NCBI GenBank assembly: GCA_963663225.1 | Contig: OY760142.1 | Coordinates: forward strand, 1,508,509 to 1,572,508 | From: Nitrospirota bacterium | GTDB lineage: Bacteria; Nitrospirota; UBA9217 | Reading direction: 5' to 3' | DNA length: 64,000 nucleotides | Shown: piece by piece, positions 30,953-41,270 of the stretch | Numbering within the stretch: the first letter of the stretch is position 1 | How the letters are laid out: every line of letters starts with the position of its first letter | Notes under the pieces: model-generated | What the model was told of the DNA's origin: nothing | Databases searched by the model: none | What the model saw: the letters and a program-made list of their open reading frames with translations, nothing else | Position numbers and translations under genes: made by a program

Positions 30953-33049
30953 ATGTTGGGATCATTCATAATGAATTTTGTGTATGTATTGATTATTGCT
31001 GCAGGCATCGTTCTGATCTGGCAGGCAATTATTGTCGTTCGCGGGATAGAAATTGCTGTTGTTGAGCGCAGGCTTTTCGGTAAGAAGATGGAGCCCGGCA
31101 GGGTCGTCGCATTGTCGAATGAAGTAGGCATTCAGGCCAGAACGCTCGGCCCAGGTCTCCACTTCTTGATACCCTTTCTTTATAAAGCAAAAAAATATCC
31201 GTTTACTATAATAGCGGATAATGAGGTTGGTATTATAGAATCCATTGATGGCGACCCGATTCTACCCGGCAAAATATTCGCGAAGGTAGTGAGTGGCCAT
31301 AATTCCTTTCAGGACGGTGAAACGTTTATGAAAAATGGCGGGCAGAAAGGCCCCCAAATAGAAATTTTGCCGCCAGGTAACTATCGTATCAACACGGTTC
31401 TTTTTAAAACAATAAAACAGCCAGCTGTTGTGATTAACCGTGGAAAGATTGGTCTTGTTACTTCCATGGATGGTACCCCTATTTCACCTGGACGTCTTCT
31501 GGCAAAAAAAGTAAATGGCCACTCGAACTTTGAAGATGGACAGGCCTTTTTGAACAACGGCGGGCAGAAAGGCCCCCAAATCGAAATCCTTTTGCCGGGG
31601 ACTTACCGCATTAATACGGACCTTTTTCGTATTGAAATACAGGATGCAACAGTTATTCCCGCCAATAAGATTGGATTGGTCACTGCACTTGATGGGCAGC
31701 CGTTGCCGGAAGAAGAATATGTGGCTAAATCCGTTTCCGGACATAACGATTTTCAGGATGCATCAACATTCCTGGCGGCCGGCGGGGAACGCGGTCCTCA
31801 GTTTGATGTGCTGAAACCCGGAACCTATTATATCAATCCGCTGATATTCAAGGTTGAGCTGGATGATGTGGCAGTTGTAGAACGCGGTCAGGTTGCGGTA
31901 GTTGTATCAAATGTGGGAGAAGAACCGGTCCAGATTAGAAGCCTCATTGAACAGACCGCAAAGAAGGAAAACGTCTCAACTGGAAGCGATTCATATAAAG
32001 AAATAGAAAACCGTTTCAATGTAGGGATAGAGCGATACGTTGTGCCAAAAGGATTCCGCGGCATCCAGCAGGAAGTGGCTGGTCCGGGCATCTATTACCT
32101 CAATAGACGCGCTTATATCGTTTATGTCGTCGATACGACCAACATAACTATAGACTGGGACGACTCAAAGGACACTCGCTTCGATCCGCTTAAAGTTATT
32201 TCCCGGGATGGGTTTGAAATCAGCGTATCTGTGAAGGTCGTGATACGAGTAAGGCCGGACCAGGCACCGTATATGGTCGCGAAGATCGGGTCCATAGAAA
32301 ACCTGGTTCTTCATGTTATTCACCCAATGATAGATTCCAGTTTCCGGAACCAGGCTTCGTCCACGTCAGCCATGAATTTCATGCAGGACCGGCAGGATGA
32401 GCAGCGCAAAGCAGAAGACCGGGCGCGAGCGGAACTTGAACGATATCACGTAGAGTGCGTTTCTGTGCTGATTTGCCAGATCAATCTCCCACAGGAGCTG
32501 ATGGATACACAGACGAAGAAGATAATCGCTCAGCAACAACAGGCAATGTATCAGGACCAGCAAAAGGCAGAGCAGGCCAGAATTGCGATGGAAAAAACCC
32601 GCGCAGAGGCTGAACAGCAGACAAATCTTGTGGAAGCTGAAATCGGCGTAAAAATTTCCGAGCAGAATAAAATGAAGGCAATCAGGATCGCCGAAGGAGA
32701 TGCTGAAAGCATTAGATTACGTGCGGAAGGTCAGGCGAAGGGAATTAAGGCTACCGGTGAAGCCGAGGGAGCAAAAATTCTCGCCATGGGCCAAGCCACT
32801 GCCAAGGCGTACGAGCTTCAAAACAAAGCTGTCGGACAGCAAGGGGTCACTGCTATTGAAATTGCGAAGCAAATTTCCGCGGGTAATGTAAAAGTCACTC
32901 CCGATTTTCTGATCCAAGGCGACGGCAATTTGGGAGGACTTCTTTCTGCCTTTCTGACGGGGAAAATTTCTAGCATGTCCAAGCAAGCACTTCCACAACC
33001 AGCGAAAAGCGGGGATAAAGTTGCTTCAGATGAGCCAATGGATAGTTGA
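30953..33049 (+). CDS. flotillin/SPFH (band-7) family membrane protein carrying three internal 74-aa repeats
   Basis: N-terminal TM, SPFH-like core, and a C-terminal Glu/Ala-rich coiled coil (AEQARIAMEKTRAEAEQQ...AEGQAKGIKATGEAEGAKILA) typical of flotillins. GAGGAGAG RBS. Confidence 0.7.
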   Translation: MLGSFIMNFVYVLIIAAGIVLIWQAIIVVRGIEIAVVERRLFGKKMEPGRVVALSNEVGIQARTLGPGLHFLIPFLYKAKKYPFTIIADNEVGIIESIDGDPILPGKIFAKVVSGHNSFQDGETFMKNGGQKGPQIEILPPGNYRINTVLFKTIKQPAVVINRGKIGLVTSMDGTPISPGRLLAKKVNGHSNFEDGQAFLNNGGQKGPQIEILLPGTYRINTDLFRIEIQDATVIPANKIGLVTALDGQPLPEEEYVAKSVSGHNDFQDASTFLAAGGERGPQFDVLKPGTYYINPLIFKVELDDVAVVERGQVAVVVSNVGEEPVQIRSLIEQTAKKENVSTGSDSYKEIENRFNVGIERYVVPKGFRGIQQEVAGPGIYYLNRRAYIVYVVDTTNITIDWDDSKDTRFDPLKVISRDGFEISVSVKVVIRVRPDQAPYMVAKIGSIENLVLHVIHPMIDSSFRNQASSTSAMNFMQDRQDEQRKAEDRARAELERYHVECVSVLICQINLPQELMDTQTKKIIAQQQQAMYQDQQKAEQARIAMEKTRAEAEQQTNLVEAEIGVKISEQNKMKAIRIAEGDAESIRLRAEGQAKGIKATGEAEGAKILAMGQATAKAYELQNKAVGQQGVTAIEIAKQISAGNVKVTPDFLIQGDGNLGGLLSAFLTGKISSMSKQALPQPAKSGDKVASDEPMDS
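31214..31882 (+). repeat. three in-frame tandem repeats (period about 222 bp / 74 aa) within the flotillin-like gene
   Basis: GHNSFQDGETF...GGQKGPQIEILPPGNYRINTVLF, GHSNFEDGQAF...GGQKGPQIEILLPGTYRINTDLF and GHNDFQDASTF...GGERGPQFDVLKPGTYYINPLIF. The copies are diverged, not identical. Confidence 0.7.
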
Positions 33050-33419
33050 TCAGAGATTGGATGGTTTGGGCTAAGCCGAATATGTCGTGCAGACGCTGAG
33101 GATGCATGATATGCATGTTTCTATCGTAAATAGAATATATATCATCCTGTTGCATAGAAGACGAAACATGTTTGATCTTAAGTAAAAACATGAGCTGTTT
33201 TTCATTATTTTACGATTCAGTGGAATTAGAGATGCGCGAGGATATTAGGGAGAATAGATAGCAAATAAACTTTAGCGATAAATTAAGTAATGAAAACTTC
33301 CTGTTTTATACAAATATTAAGACCAAGTGGCAAATATAGTTATCGAACAGCATCCTATAAAGCTAGAAATTATCATTTCAATAGTAAGTCAATTCAAAAA
33401 GAGAGGAGAGACCATAGGT

Positions 33420-33815
33420 ATGAACGATCAACAGATTGAAGTAAAAAAATCACTTCGTGCCAATAAAAAACTTTTTACACAATTGTTTGGTATCGGTATT
33501 ATCTGTTTATTTATTTTGCATTACGTTTATGGATTTATCCAAACTCCTGATAAGCTATTAGAAAATGCCATTCAACGCGGCATGTCGGCAACCTCTGTAA
33601 AAGCTGGCTATGCTTTTGGTATATTTTGTATATTTGCGTTGCCAATTCCCATGGCGGTTTCTTTTTTATCGTTATTAATAAAATCAAAAAGAACCCTATC
33701 ATCATTCATAAAGATATTATTTTACAGTCTCGTTCTTACGTTCATAGCAAGCATAGTGGTTGGGCTTGTATGTGTACCACGAGCCGTACAGCAGATCAAT
33801 TTTAATACTTTATAA
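33420..33815 (+). CDS. small hypothetical membrane protein (about 3 TM) in the low-GC island
   Basis: GAGAGGAGAG RBS before ATG. Hydrophobic helices. Very AT-rich codons. Confidence 0.35.
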   Translation: MNDQQIEVKKSLRANKKLFTQLFGIGIICLFILHYVYGFIQTPDKLLENAIQRGMSATSVKAGYAFGIFCIFALPIPMAVSFLSLLIKSKRTLSSFIKILFYSLVLTFIASIVVGLVCVPRAVQQINFNTL

Positions 33816-34048
33816 AAGCTTTTCGTTTGTTAGTAGCATGTATCAATTTCTTTCTGTATTCGCGAGTTACAAGATTTTGGCTATTGTGTAATTTTTCATA
33901 TAGAGGATTATGCAATGCACTTCGGGAGAGCAATTTTCTAAATAAATTGCGAGTTGCTTATGGTCTTTTTATCGAATAATCAATTCCTTATGAATAGGCA
34001 ACTTTAAGAGCTTTCCAGTAATGTGAGTGAAAGGTTCTTGTTATTGCT

Positions 34049-34555
34049 ATGGTAAAGAATAATGAATTAATTATAGTTGGCACGAAATCAAAGGTTGTTT
34101 TTTTTATTGTAAACTACCCGTTGTTAGTCATGATAATTATTGTTGGTTCTTTTGAGGTATTTGCTTTCTTTTATGGAGAAGATGTTACTCACATGCTCAG
34201 AGGTTTGATGTTGTTGCCTGCCGTTCTTTTGCCACAAGTCATGCTACTTTATATATTATCAAATAAGTGGTGCTATAAAATAGAAATAGATAAAACAAAT
34301 AATACTATAAATTTTTATCGTATATGCAATAGGGCCATGCGTACCTTTTTGACGAAAAAGATGAAAGTAGCTATTGGTGCTTATTGCCATATATATATTA
34401 ATAATGCTGATTTCATTTTGCCTGAAGCATATATACATGAGTTAGTATCGTATTTACCAAAAGATACTGTTGTTGAATACAAAGGTGCTCTTGGAAAATC
34501 CAAGAAAAAGTATTGGATTAAAATTAATAAGCCACTCATCCCTGACAGACGATAA
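34049..34555 (+). CDS. small hypothetical membrane protein (2 TM plus a possible bacterial PH-like domain) in the low-GC island
   Basis: N-terminal hydrophobic hairpin followed by a basic soluble domain. No family recognised. Confidence 0.3.
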   Translation: MVKNNELIIVGTKSKVVFFIVNYPLLVMIIIVGSFEVFAFFYGEDVTHMLRGLMLLPAVLLPQVMLLYILSNKWCYKIEIDKTNNTINFYRICNRAMRTFLTKKMKVAIGAYCHIYINNADFILPEAYIHELVSYLPKDTVVEYKGALGKSKKKYWIKINKPLIPDRR

Positions 34556-35019
34556 AAGCTGCACTTAAGTTAATGTCATTTTCTTCATTTAGCGGTTATA
34601 CAAGTTATAAACTGTATCCTGCATAGGATTTTTGCAAAAGCTGATGCAAAAAAGTAGGTACATCATTGATATCTGTTTAAATTAGGACATTAATGGTCAG
34701 GTTGAAGTATTGACCATACTGATTGTTCCTGTTAGAGGTGAAGGAAGAAACGAAAGAATCGGAACAGTGGCAGCTTTAGAGGAGAATATAGGGCCGATTT
34801 CATGCAGAATGGACGACTGTACGCTTCGTAATATTGTGGTTAAATCAATTCGTTGTCTGTCGCCGCAGCTATACAAGCAGGCTCAAGAGTTATTTTTAAT
34901 AAATCCTCAAAGGTATTGCGCAGTACTCATTCTTTCAAGCACAGGGTGACGTAGTTAAATAAATCGGCTTGCGATTAGGATTTGAGCAGCCAGCTTGAGT
35001 TTAGAATGAAAGACATTCA

Positions 35020-35928
35020 TCAAGGTGGGCATTTTGCGCATACCGAGGCAAATAACGATGTGCTGAGATAACGGTCGCCCCGATCAGGGAGGATGACAAC
35101 AACGACACCTGTTTTCATCTCTTGTATTTTTTGGAGAGCGCCTTGCACGGCGGCGCCGCTGCTCATACCCACAAACAGACCTTCTTCGACTGCTAGCCGG
35201 CGTGTAATGGTAAATGCGCTGTCATCATCCACGGTTCTGATCTCATCCAGTAAACTCGGATTGTAAATTTTGGGCACTATGGCTTCTGACATGTTCTTGA
35301 GCCCTTGTATCTTATGGCCGACGGTTGGTTCCATGCCGACAATGGTGATTGACCGGTTGTATTCCTTGAGCCTGCGGCTGCAGCCCATAAGGGTGCCGGT
35401 TGTGCCCATGCCCGCAACAAGGACGCTTATCGTGCCGTCTGTTTGAGTATAAATTTCTTTTCCGGTGGTTTCATAATGTGCGGCTATATTAGCCGGATTG
35501 TCAAACTGGTTCGGCATGAAATAAGCATCCGGATTTTCATTGTACAGTTTATGGGCGAGACGGATTGCGCCATCTGTTGCCTCCGCCCCGGGGCTGAGCA
35601 CCAGTTCAGCGCCAAACGCTTCCAGAATTTTTCTTCGCTCCAGACTGACGCACCCCGGCATCACGAGCTTGACTTTATAGCCTCTGGCGGCGCCTACCAT
35701 GGCGAGGCCGATTCCCGTGTTTCCGGATGTCGCTTCGAGAATAGTGGATCCTTTTTTAAGTCGCCCTTCCTGTTCCGCGATCTTTATCATGAACCAGGCA
35801 ACGCGGTCCTTTATTGATCCGCCGGGGTTGCTCCCCTCAAGTTTGGCGAGGAGCGCAACGTGCGGATTGGGGTTGATTTTATCCAGTTTCACCAGCGGTG
35901 TATTGCCGATGGAATCGAGTATGCTCAT
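35020..35928 (-). CDS. cysK: cysteine synthase (PLP-dependent, CysK/CysM family)
   Basis: PLP-lysine motif (NPGGSIKDR), TSGNTG, and GTGGT glycine loop. The internal Met was chosen as start. Confidence 0.8.
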   Translation of the reverse strand: MSILDSIGNTPLVKLDKINPNPHVALLAKLEGSNPGGSIKDRVAWFMIKIAEQEGRLKKGSTILEATSGNTGIGLAMVGAARGYKVKLVMPGCVSLERRKILEAFGAELVLSPGAEATDGAIRLAHKLYNENPDAYFMPNQFDNPANIAAHYETTGKEIYTQTDGTISVLVAGMGTTGTLMGCSRRLKEYNRSITIVGMEPTVGHKIQGLKNMSEAIVPKIYNPSLLDEIRTVDDDSAFTITRRLAVEEGLFVGMSSGAAVQGALQKIQEMKTGVVVVILPDRGDRYLSTSLFASVCAKCPP

Positions 35929-36191
35929 GTGCGGTATTCTCCCGGTGTTGTATAAATTTGAGCACTGAGTATAATAAATTCTTTGACGATACGCAACCTC
36001 AATGTGACTCCGTGCATTTGCCGGCAAATGGCAAGACCATACCATCGCGCCTATATGCTCCGCACACCGCAGGGGTTCCCTAAAACCGGATATTTCTATC
36101 GGGGGTTGACAAGGCAAACAAAATATCTTGTTTTTTTATTTTGTTTATACTATATTTTTTGTGCAGATCGTCTGTCGGGAGAAAAACAACC

Positions 36192-37493
36192 ATGAAACAG
36201 TATTTTGAGTTTGCCAAATACAATACCAGTTATCGGCAGGAAACGCTGGCGGGGATTACGACTTTTCTTACCATGGCTTACATTATCATCGTCAACCCGG
36301 CGATTCTCGAAGTAGCCGGAATGCCAAAAGGGCCGTCCATGACCGCAACAATCCTGTCTGCAGCATTTGGAACACTGATCATGGGTTTCTACGCAAAACG
36401 ACCTTTTGCCATCGCTCCCTACATGGGCGAGAATGCCTTCATAGTTTTCACCGTCGTAAAGGTGCTCGGCTATTCCTGGCAGACTGCGCTCGGCGCGATT
36501 TTCATAGCCGGAGTTTTGTTTACCATACTCACGCTGCTGAAAGTGCGGGGATGGATGGCGGATACTCTTCCGCAATCGCTTAAATACAGTTTTGCCGTCG
36601 GAATAGGCCTTTTTCTCGCATTCGTTGGGTTGAATGAAACAAGGATCGTATCTCTTGGCGTACCGGACGCTCCTGTCAGCCTTGGCGCGGTTTCACAGCC
36701 GCCCGTGTTGCTGGCGATTTTCGGTTTTTTCCTCATCGTTTGGCTTATGATGAAAAGGATACATGGCGCGATCATCATCGGTATTATTGCGATAACCGTG
36801 ATCTCATTTTTCGCGGGAATAACGAGTGTACCGCATTCGTGGATTGGTTTGCCGCCTGATCCGACCCCTCTTTTCGGCCAGTTGGATATCGCGGGAGCAC
36901 TGACGATCAAAAATCTGCCGGTTGTTCTTATTATTTTTGTCATGGCATTCGTTGACACGGTGGGGACGCTGATCGGCCTGTCTGCGCGCGGCAATTTGCT
37001 GGATGAAAACGGCAATCTGCCGCAGATTGAAAAGCCGATGCTCGCCGATGCGCTGGCGAACCTTATCAGCCCGCTGCTCGGCACAACTACATCGGGTGCT
37101 TACATAGAATCGGCGGCTGGAATTGAGGAGGGAGGTCACACGGGTTTTGTGGCCCTGGTGGTCGTTGGACTGTTTCTGTTCGCGTTGTTTTTCGCTCCGA
37201 TTCTGACTGTGGTTCCACCCCATGCGTACGGTGCTGCGCTCATTGTGATCGGTTTGTTAATGATCAGTCCTATTACAAAAATTGATTTCAGCGATTACAC
37301 TGAATTTATACCGGCCTTTCTCACGATAATCCTGATGGTCTTCACGTTTAACATAGGCGTTGGCTTGACGGCCGGATTGCTGGCGTATCCCGTTCTCAAA
37401 GTGCTCTCCGGCCGGTACCGGGAAGTCCCCGCAGGGATGTGGCTCTTTGCCGCATTGTCGCTGATATTTTACATCGTCTATCCCTACAAGTAG
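36192..37493 (+). CDS. NCS2-family purine permease (AzgA-like adenine/guanine/hypoxanthine transporter)
   Basis: YRQETLAGITTFLTMAYIIIVNPAIL N-terminal signature. Polytopic, about 433 aa. Confidence 0.75.
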   Translation: MKQYFEFAKYNTSYRQETLAGITTFLTMAYIIIVNPAILEVAGMPKGPSMTATILSAAFGTLIMGFYAKRPFAIAPYMGENAFIVFTVVKVLGYSWQTALGAIFIAGVLFTILTLLKVRGWMADTLPQSLKYSFAVGIGLFLAFVGLNETRIVSLGVPDAPVSLGAVSQPPVLLAIFGFFLIVWLMMKRIHGAIIIGIIAITVISFFAGITSVPHSWIGLPPDPTPLFGQLDIAGALTIKNLPVVLIIFVMAFVDTVGTLIGLSARGNLLDENGNLPQIEKPMLADALANLISPLLGTTTSGAYIESAAGIEEGGHTGFVALVVVGLFLFALFFAPILTVVPPHAYGAALIVIGLLMISPITKIDFSDYTEFIPAFLTIILMVFTFNIGVGLTAGLLAYPVLKVLSGRYREVPAGMWLFAALSLIFYIVYPYK

Positions 37494-37628
37494 ATAGTGC
37501 CTCCAACCGTCCGATTTCGTGTGCTGCGCGTATGCTATAATAACAAGTGGCACCGGTTTTGCCCTTTTCTAAGCACGCTGATTGCGTAATAGGACGTGGT
37601 GCCACATTCCACTTCCGGGAGGTGCTGT

Positions 37629-38210
37629 ATGGCCGCAAAAAAAATCCTGATGCTTGTCGGCGATTTTGTGGAAGACTATGAAGTTATGGTGCCATTCCAG
37701 GCGCTGCAAATGGTAGGGCACACCGTCCACGCTGTCTGCAGCGGCAAGAAGGCCGGTGAAAAGGTCCGCACCGCGGTGCATGACTTCGAGGGGGATCAAA
37801 CGTATTCTGAAAAACCCGGCCACAATTTCACGCTAAACGCGACGTTCTCAGAAGTAAAGCCGGAAAACTACGACGCACTTGTTCTTCCCGGCGGGCGGGC
37901 GCCTGAGTACATTCGTCTGGATGAAAAGGTGCTGAGCATAGTGCAACACTTTGCAAAAGCAAACAAGCCGATTGCTGCGATCTGTCATGGAGCCCAGGTC
38001 CTGGCGGCAGCGGGCATACTCCAGGGACGCAGCTGCTCCGCCTATCCTGCTGTGGGACCGGATGTTACCAGAGCCGGCGGAAAGTACATAGACATTCCGG
38101 TAAGCCAGGCCTATGTGGACGGCAATCTCGTGTCCGCGCCTGCCTGGCCGGCACATCCCGAATGGCTTGCGAAATTCCTTGACGTTTTGGGAACAAAAAT
38201 CACCCTGTAA
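37629..38210 (+). CDS. DJ-1/PfpI family protein
   Basis: Nucleophile-elbow cysteine AICHGAQVL and [15 protein letters not shown]-terminus. GGGAGG RBS. Confidence 0.8.
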   Translation: MAAKKILMLVGDFVEDYEVMVPFQALQMVGHTVHAVCSGKKAGEKVRTAVHDFEGDQTYSEKPGHNFTLNATFSEVKPENYDALVLPGGRAPEYIRLDEKVLSIVQHFAKANKPIAAICHGAQVLAAAGILQGRSCSAYPAVGPDVTRAGGKYIDIPVSQAYVDGNLVSAPAWPAHPEWLAKFLDVLGTKITL

Positions 38211-38497
38211 TCAGGGTAATCCGCAGCGCGGAATCCCTGGATGTCAGCATGTACGCGATTTATAAAAACGGCGGCATTGTTTTGTCTTTTTATCGGTGTG
38301 AGTGTCTAAAAGCTGTGACTGATGCATGCAGTTTATCCGTACGTATTCTCTGATCTGTTTCACCGGAAAGCGGGGTGATTACAAACTGTTGCTGCTATTC
38401 TGACGTGCGAAATGCAAAGGGGAAGGACGCACGGACCATTTCAGACGATGTTCCGCACCGCTAAAACGACCTGAACCGGAAAAAAGGACCAGCGTTT

Positions 38498-39853
38498 ATG
38501 AACAGCACGAACCTGAAGAAAATACTCATTGCCTGCATTATTTGTTCAGTATCCATCCTGGCACTGCCTGCTTATGCGGAAGATGAACCTCTTGCGTACT
38601 CCCTGTCCTTCACGGACGCAGAACTGGATGACCTGCTTGCGCCTATCGCGCTCTATCCCGATCCCTTGCTGGCGCAGATGCTGCCTGCTTCCACGTATCC
38701 AACAGAAATAATTGACGCGGATGAATGGCTTCGAAGCGGAGGCACGGTGGCAGGTATTGACGGCCAGAACTGGGACGAATCCGTCAAGGCAATTGCCCAC
38801 TATCCCGACGTCCTGAGGATGATGGCCGACAATATGGACTGGACCGCCAATCTGGGCGATGCTTTTTTGAACCAACCTGAGGATGTGTCAAGATCAATCC
38901 AGCATCTGAGGCGGCAGGCAAGAGACATGGGCAACCTGTCCAGTAATGATAAACAGAGTGTGGACATTCTTGAAGAAGGCAACATCGAAATCATTCCTGC
39001 TCAGCCGCAGTATGTGTATGTCCCGGTGTATGATCCTACCGTCGTGTATTTCAGGCGGCCGTCGCTGAGCATTCCGCCATTTATACTCTTCGGTCCTCCA
39101 TTTCTCCTCGGCGGATGGCTCATCATGGATTTTAACTGGGGGCACCATGAGGTGATTTATCATGGCTGGAACCGTCCCGGCTGGGTCAATCATGCAAGAC
39201 CGTATGTACACGTGACGAATGTATATGTTAACAGAAGCAGGCCCGCCATTCAGCAGCGATGGAGGCATGATGCATCTCACGGCGACCCTGCAAAATATCT
39301 TATGACGCGGCCCAGTGGTCCGAAAGCAGACAGCTACTCCCGTATCGGCGAAGTCAGGGGAAAAGCCGTTGTTACACAACCCAAACCGGCCGGAAGGCTG
39401 TTCGATTCCAAGTCCGGTGTTCACACATATAGTAATCGCGGCAGGGAGAGCCGCGGCATAGTGCAGCAGCAAACGTCTCCATCGGCAATGCCCGGCACCA
39501 GTCCGCGAAGGACCATTCCGACGCCCCGCGTGAACGAGCGACCGACGGCACCTGCTCCCGCAGTTAGTCAACCGGTCCAGAAACCTGCTCAGCAGAGACC
39601 GGCAGGAATCAGCAGTGATAAAAAAATGACGAGCGGCACCGGACCTGCTCGTGAGGCACCACAAACCATAAAGCGGCCTTCGACCGCTTTCGGAGGTTAC
39701 CGCGGTGCAGACGAGGCCAGAGCACAGAGTATGCGCGGCCAGACCAGCCGTCAGAGCAGCGCAGGCGGTGCTTCATCTACCGTCCACCCGCCAAATCGGG
39801 GCGGCAATCCTCCCGCAGGCGGGCATTCATCGGGAGAAAAGCAACGTCGATAA
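38498..39853 (+). CDS. secreted DUF3300-family protein
   Basis: Signal peptide. LLAPIALYPDPLLAQMLPASTYPTEI motif typical of DUF3300. Pro/Ser/Ala-rich C-terminal tail. Confidence 0.55.
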   Translation: MNSTNLKKILIACIICSVSILALPAYAEDEPLAYSLSFTDAELDDLLAPIALYPDPLLAQMLPASTYPTEIIDADEWLRSGGTVAGIDGQNWDESVKAIAHYPDVLRMMADNMDWTANLGDAFLNQPEDVSRSIQHLRRQARDMGNLSSNDKQSVDILEEGNIEIIPAQPQYVYVPVYDPTVVYFRRPSLSIPPFILFGPPFLLGGWLIMDFNWGHHEVIYHGWNRPGWVNHARPYVHVTNVYVNRSRPAIQQRWRHDASHGDPAKYLMTRPSGPKADSYSRIGEVRGKAVVTQPKPAGRLFDSKSGVHTYSNRGRESRGIVQQQTSPSAMPGTSPRRTIPTPRVNERPTAPAPAVSQPVQKPAQQRPAGISSDKKMTSGTGPAREAPQTIKRPSTAFGGYRGADEARAQSMRGQTSRQSSAGGASSTVHPPNRGGNPPAGGHSSGEKQRR

Positions 39854-39905
39854 GAAATGTGAACGTTGGTAAAAGGATATTTTTTGCAGAGAAAGGAAGC
39901 ATATT

Positions 39906-40874
39906 ATGGCGACAAAGACCGGCAAGAAAACATTCCAGAATACTGCGCACGCGGTTGCTTTATTTATAATATGTGCGGCAATAATCACGATCGGGAGCAT
40001 GTCGGTTACAGCGCAACCAACGCAGCAGGTATTCTCGTCTCCGGAGGATGCATTGAAAGAATTGGCAGCGGCAGTTAAAACGAAAGACAAAACCGCGCTT
40101 GCCCGCATATTCGGGCCGTCCGGAGAAGAACTGCGCGCTACTGACGCGGTGCAGGCTGCCGCTGAATTCGAAGAATTTTCGAAATTATTGACGATGAAGG
40201 CAAGCTTGGTTAAAGAGAATGAGTCGAAAGTGGTCCTTTATATAGGAAATGAAAACTGGCCGTTTCCAATCCCGCTGATTAAAACGAACAATCAGTGGGT
40301 TTTTGATACAGAAGCAGGGAAAGAAGAAATTTTGAACCGCAGAATTGGCGAGAACGAGCTGACGGCCATCCTGGTTTGCCGTTCCTATGTAAAAGCCCAG
40401 CGTGAGTACGTACTGAAAGACTGGGATGGTGATGGAATTTTGGCGTACGCACAGAAGCTCCGGAGCGATCCGAACAAAAAGAACGGCCTCTTCTGGAAAC
40501 GGGTTCCGGGCGAACCGGTAAGCCCTCTTGGTGAACTCGTGGCGCAGGCCCGGATGGAGGGATACCGGAAGGAAAAGTCGTTATTTAAAGAAGAGCCGGT
40601 GCCTTTTCACGGCTATTACTTTAACATCCTCACGAAACAGGGCAAACGCGCACCGGGAGGGAAATATAGTTACATTGTAAATGGAAATATGGTCGGGGGA
40701 TTTGCTCTTGTTGCCTTTCCGGCGGACTGGGGCAAATCGGGAGTAATGACTTTTATTGTGAATCAACAAGGCAAGGTGTACCAGAAAAATCTCGGAGAAG
40801 AAACTCTGAAGATGGCCTCGAAAATGAAGATATACGATCCTGACGAGACATGGGCACTCGTTAAGGGCCAATAA
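39906..40874 (+). CDS. secreted DUF2950-family protein
   Basis: Signal anchor. GGFALVAFPADWGKSGVMTFIVNQQGKVYQKNLG motif typical of DUF2950. DUF3300 and DUF2950 proteins commonly sit side by side. Confidence 0.55.
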   Translation: MATKTGKKTFQNTAHAVALFIICAAIITIGSMSVTAQPTQQVFSSPEDALKELAAAVKTKDKTALARIFGPSGEELRATDAVQAAAEFEEFSKLLTMKASLVKENESKVVLYIGNENWPFPIPLIKTNNQWVFDTEAGKEEILNRRIGENELTAILVCRSYVKAQREYVLKDWDGDGILAYAQKLRSDPNKKNGLFWKRVPGEPVSPLGELVAQARMEGYRKEKSLFKEEPVPFHGYYFNILTKQGKRAPGGKYSYIVNGNMVGGFALVAFPADWGKSGVMTFIVNQQGKVYQKNLGEETLKMASKMKIYDPDETWALVKGQ

Positions 40875-41157
40875 TTTTTTGAACTCTGTTTTGTCCGAAC
40901 AGGGTTTTTCGAAATAAAGATTGGTTTAGCTGGAGTTTTCCGCAAGAAAGACCTAAAGGGGTCTGCGTTTATAAAACTACCGCAAATTCTGAACTCGTTC
41001 AATATCAACATGCTCGAAACCTATCGCCGGTAGTTGTTCGCATCTTTTCCCTCACGTTTTCCCCCCTATTACAGCAAAGATCGTATTTACTATTTAATTT
41101 AGCGGTTTAGAATATTATTGACATTATAATTTCCCTTTGCTACCTTATACCTAAGCA

Positions 41158-41180
41158 GTATGTGCGCTTGACGCACATAC
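41158..41180. promoter_or_regulatory. perfect 9-bp inverted repeat (GTATGTGCG-N5-CGCACATAC), a candidate operator
   Basis: About 90 bp upstream of the cytochrome promoter -35. Read directly from the sequence. Confidence 0.3.
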
Positions 41181-41270
41181 AAAACTAAACAGCTCTTATT
41201 AATTCAAAATCCAACGTCAATTTAAGAATAAAACTCATACTGCCAATTGATTAAAAAGTTCCGAGCTTCT

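Noticed and set aside
34710-34949. 79-aa ORF between the island membrane ORFs and cysK
   Set aside because: No convincing RBS or family; the composition is intermediate. It could be a real small protein, but the evidence is insufficient.
36000-36191. Purine riboswitch upstream of the NCS2 purine permease
   Set aside because: Only about 75 nt of leader follow a plausible promoter, and I could not find the conserved purine-aptamer junction sequences. This is a divergent promoter region shared with cysK.
38205-38225. Small hairpin ACCCTG-TAAT-CAGGGT overlapping the DJ-1 stop codon
   Set aside because: The stem is too short and has no U-tract. Probably coincidental.
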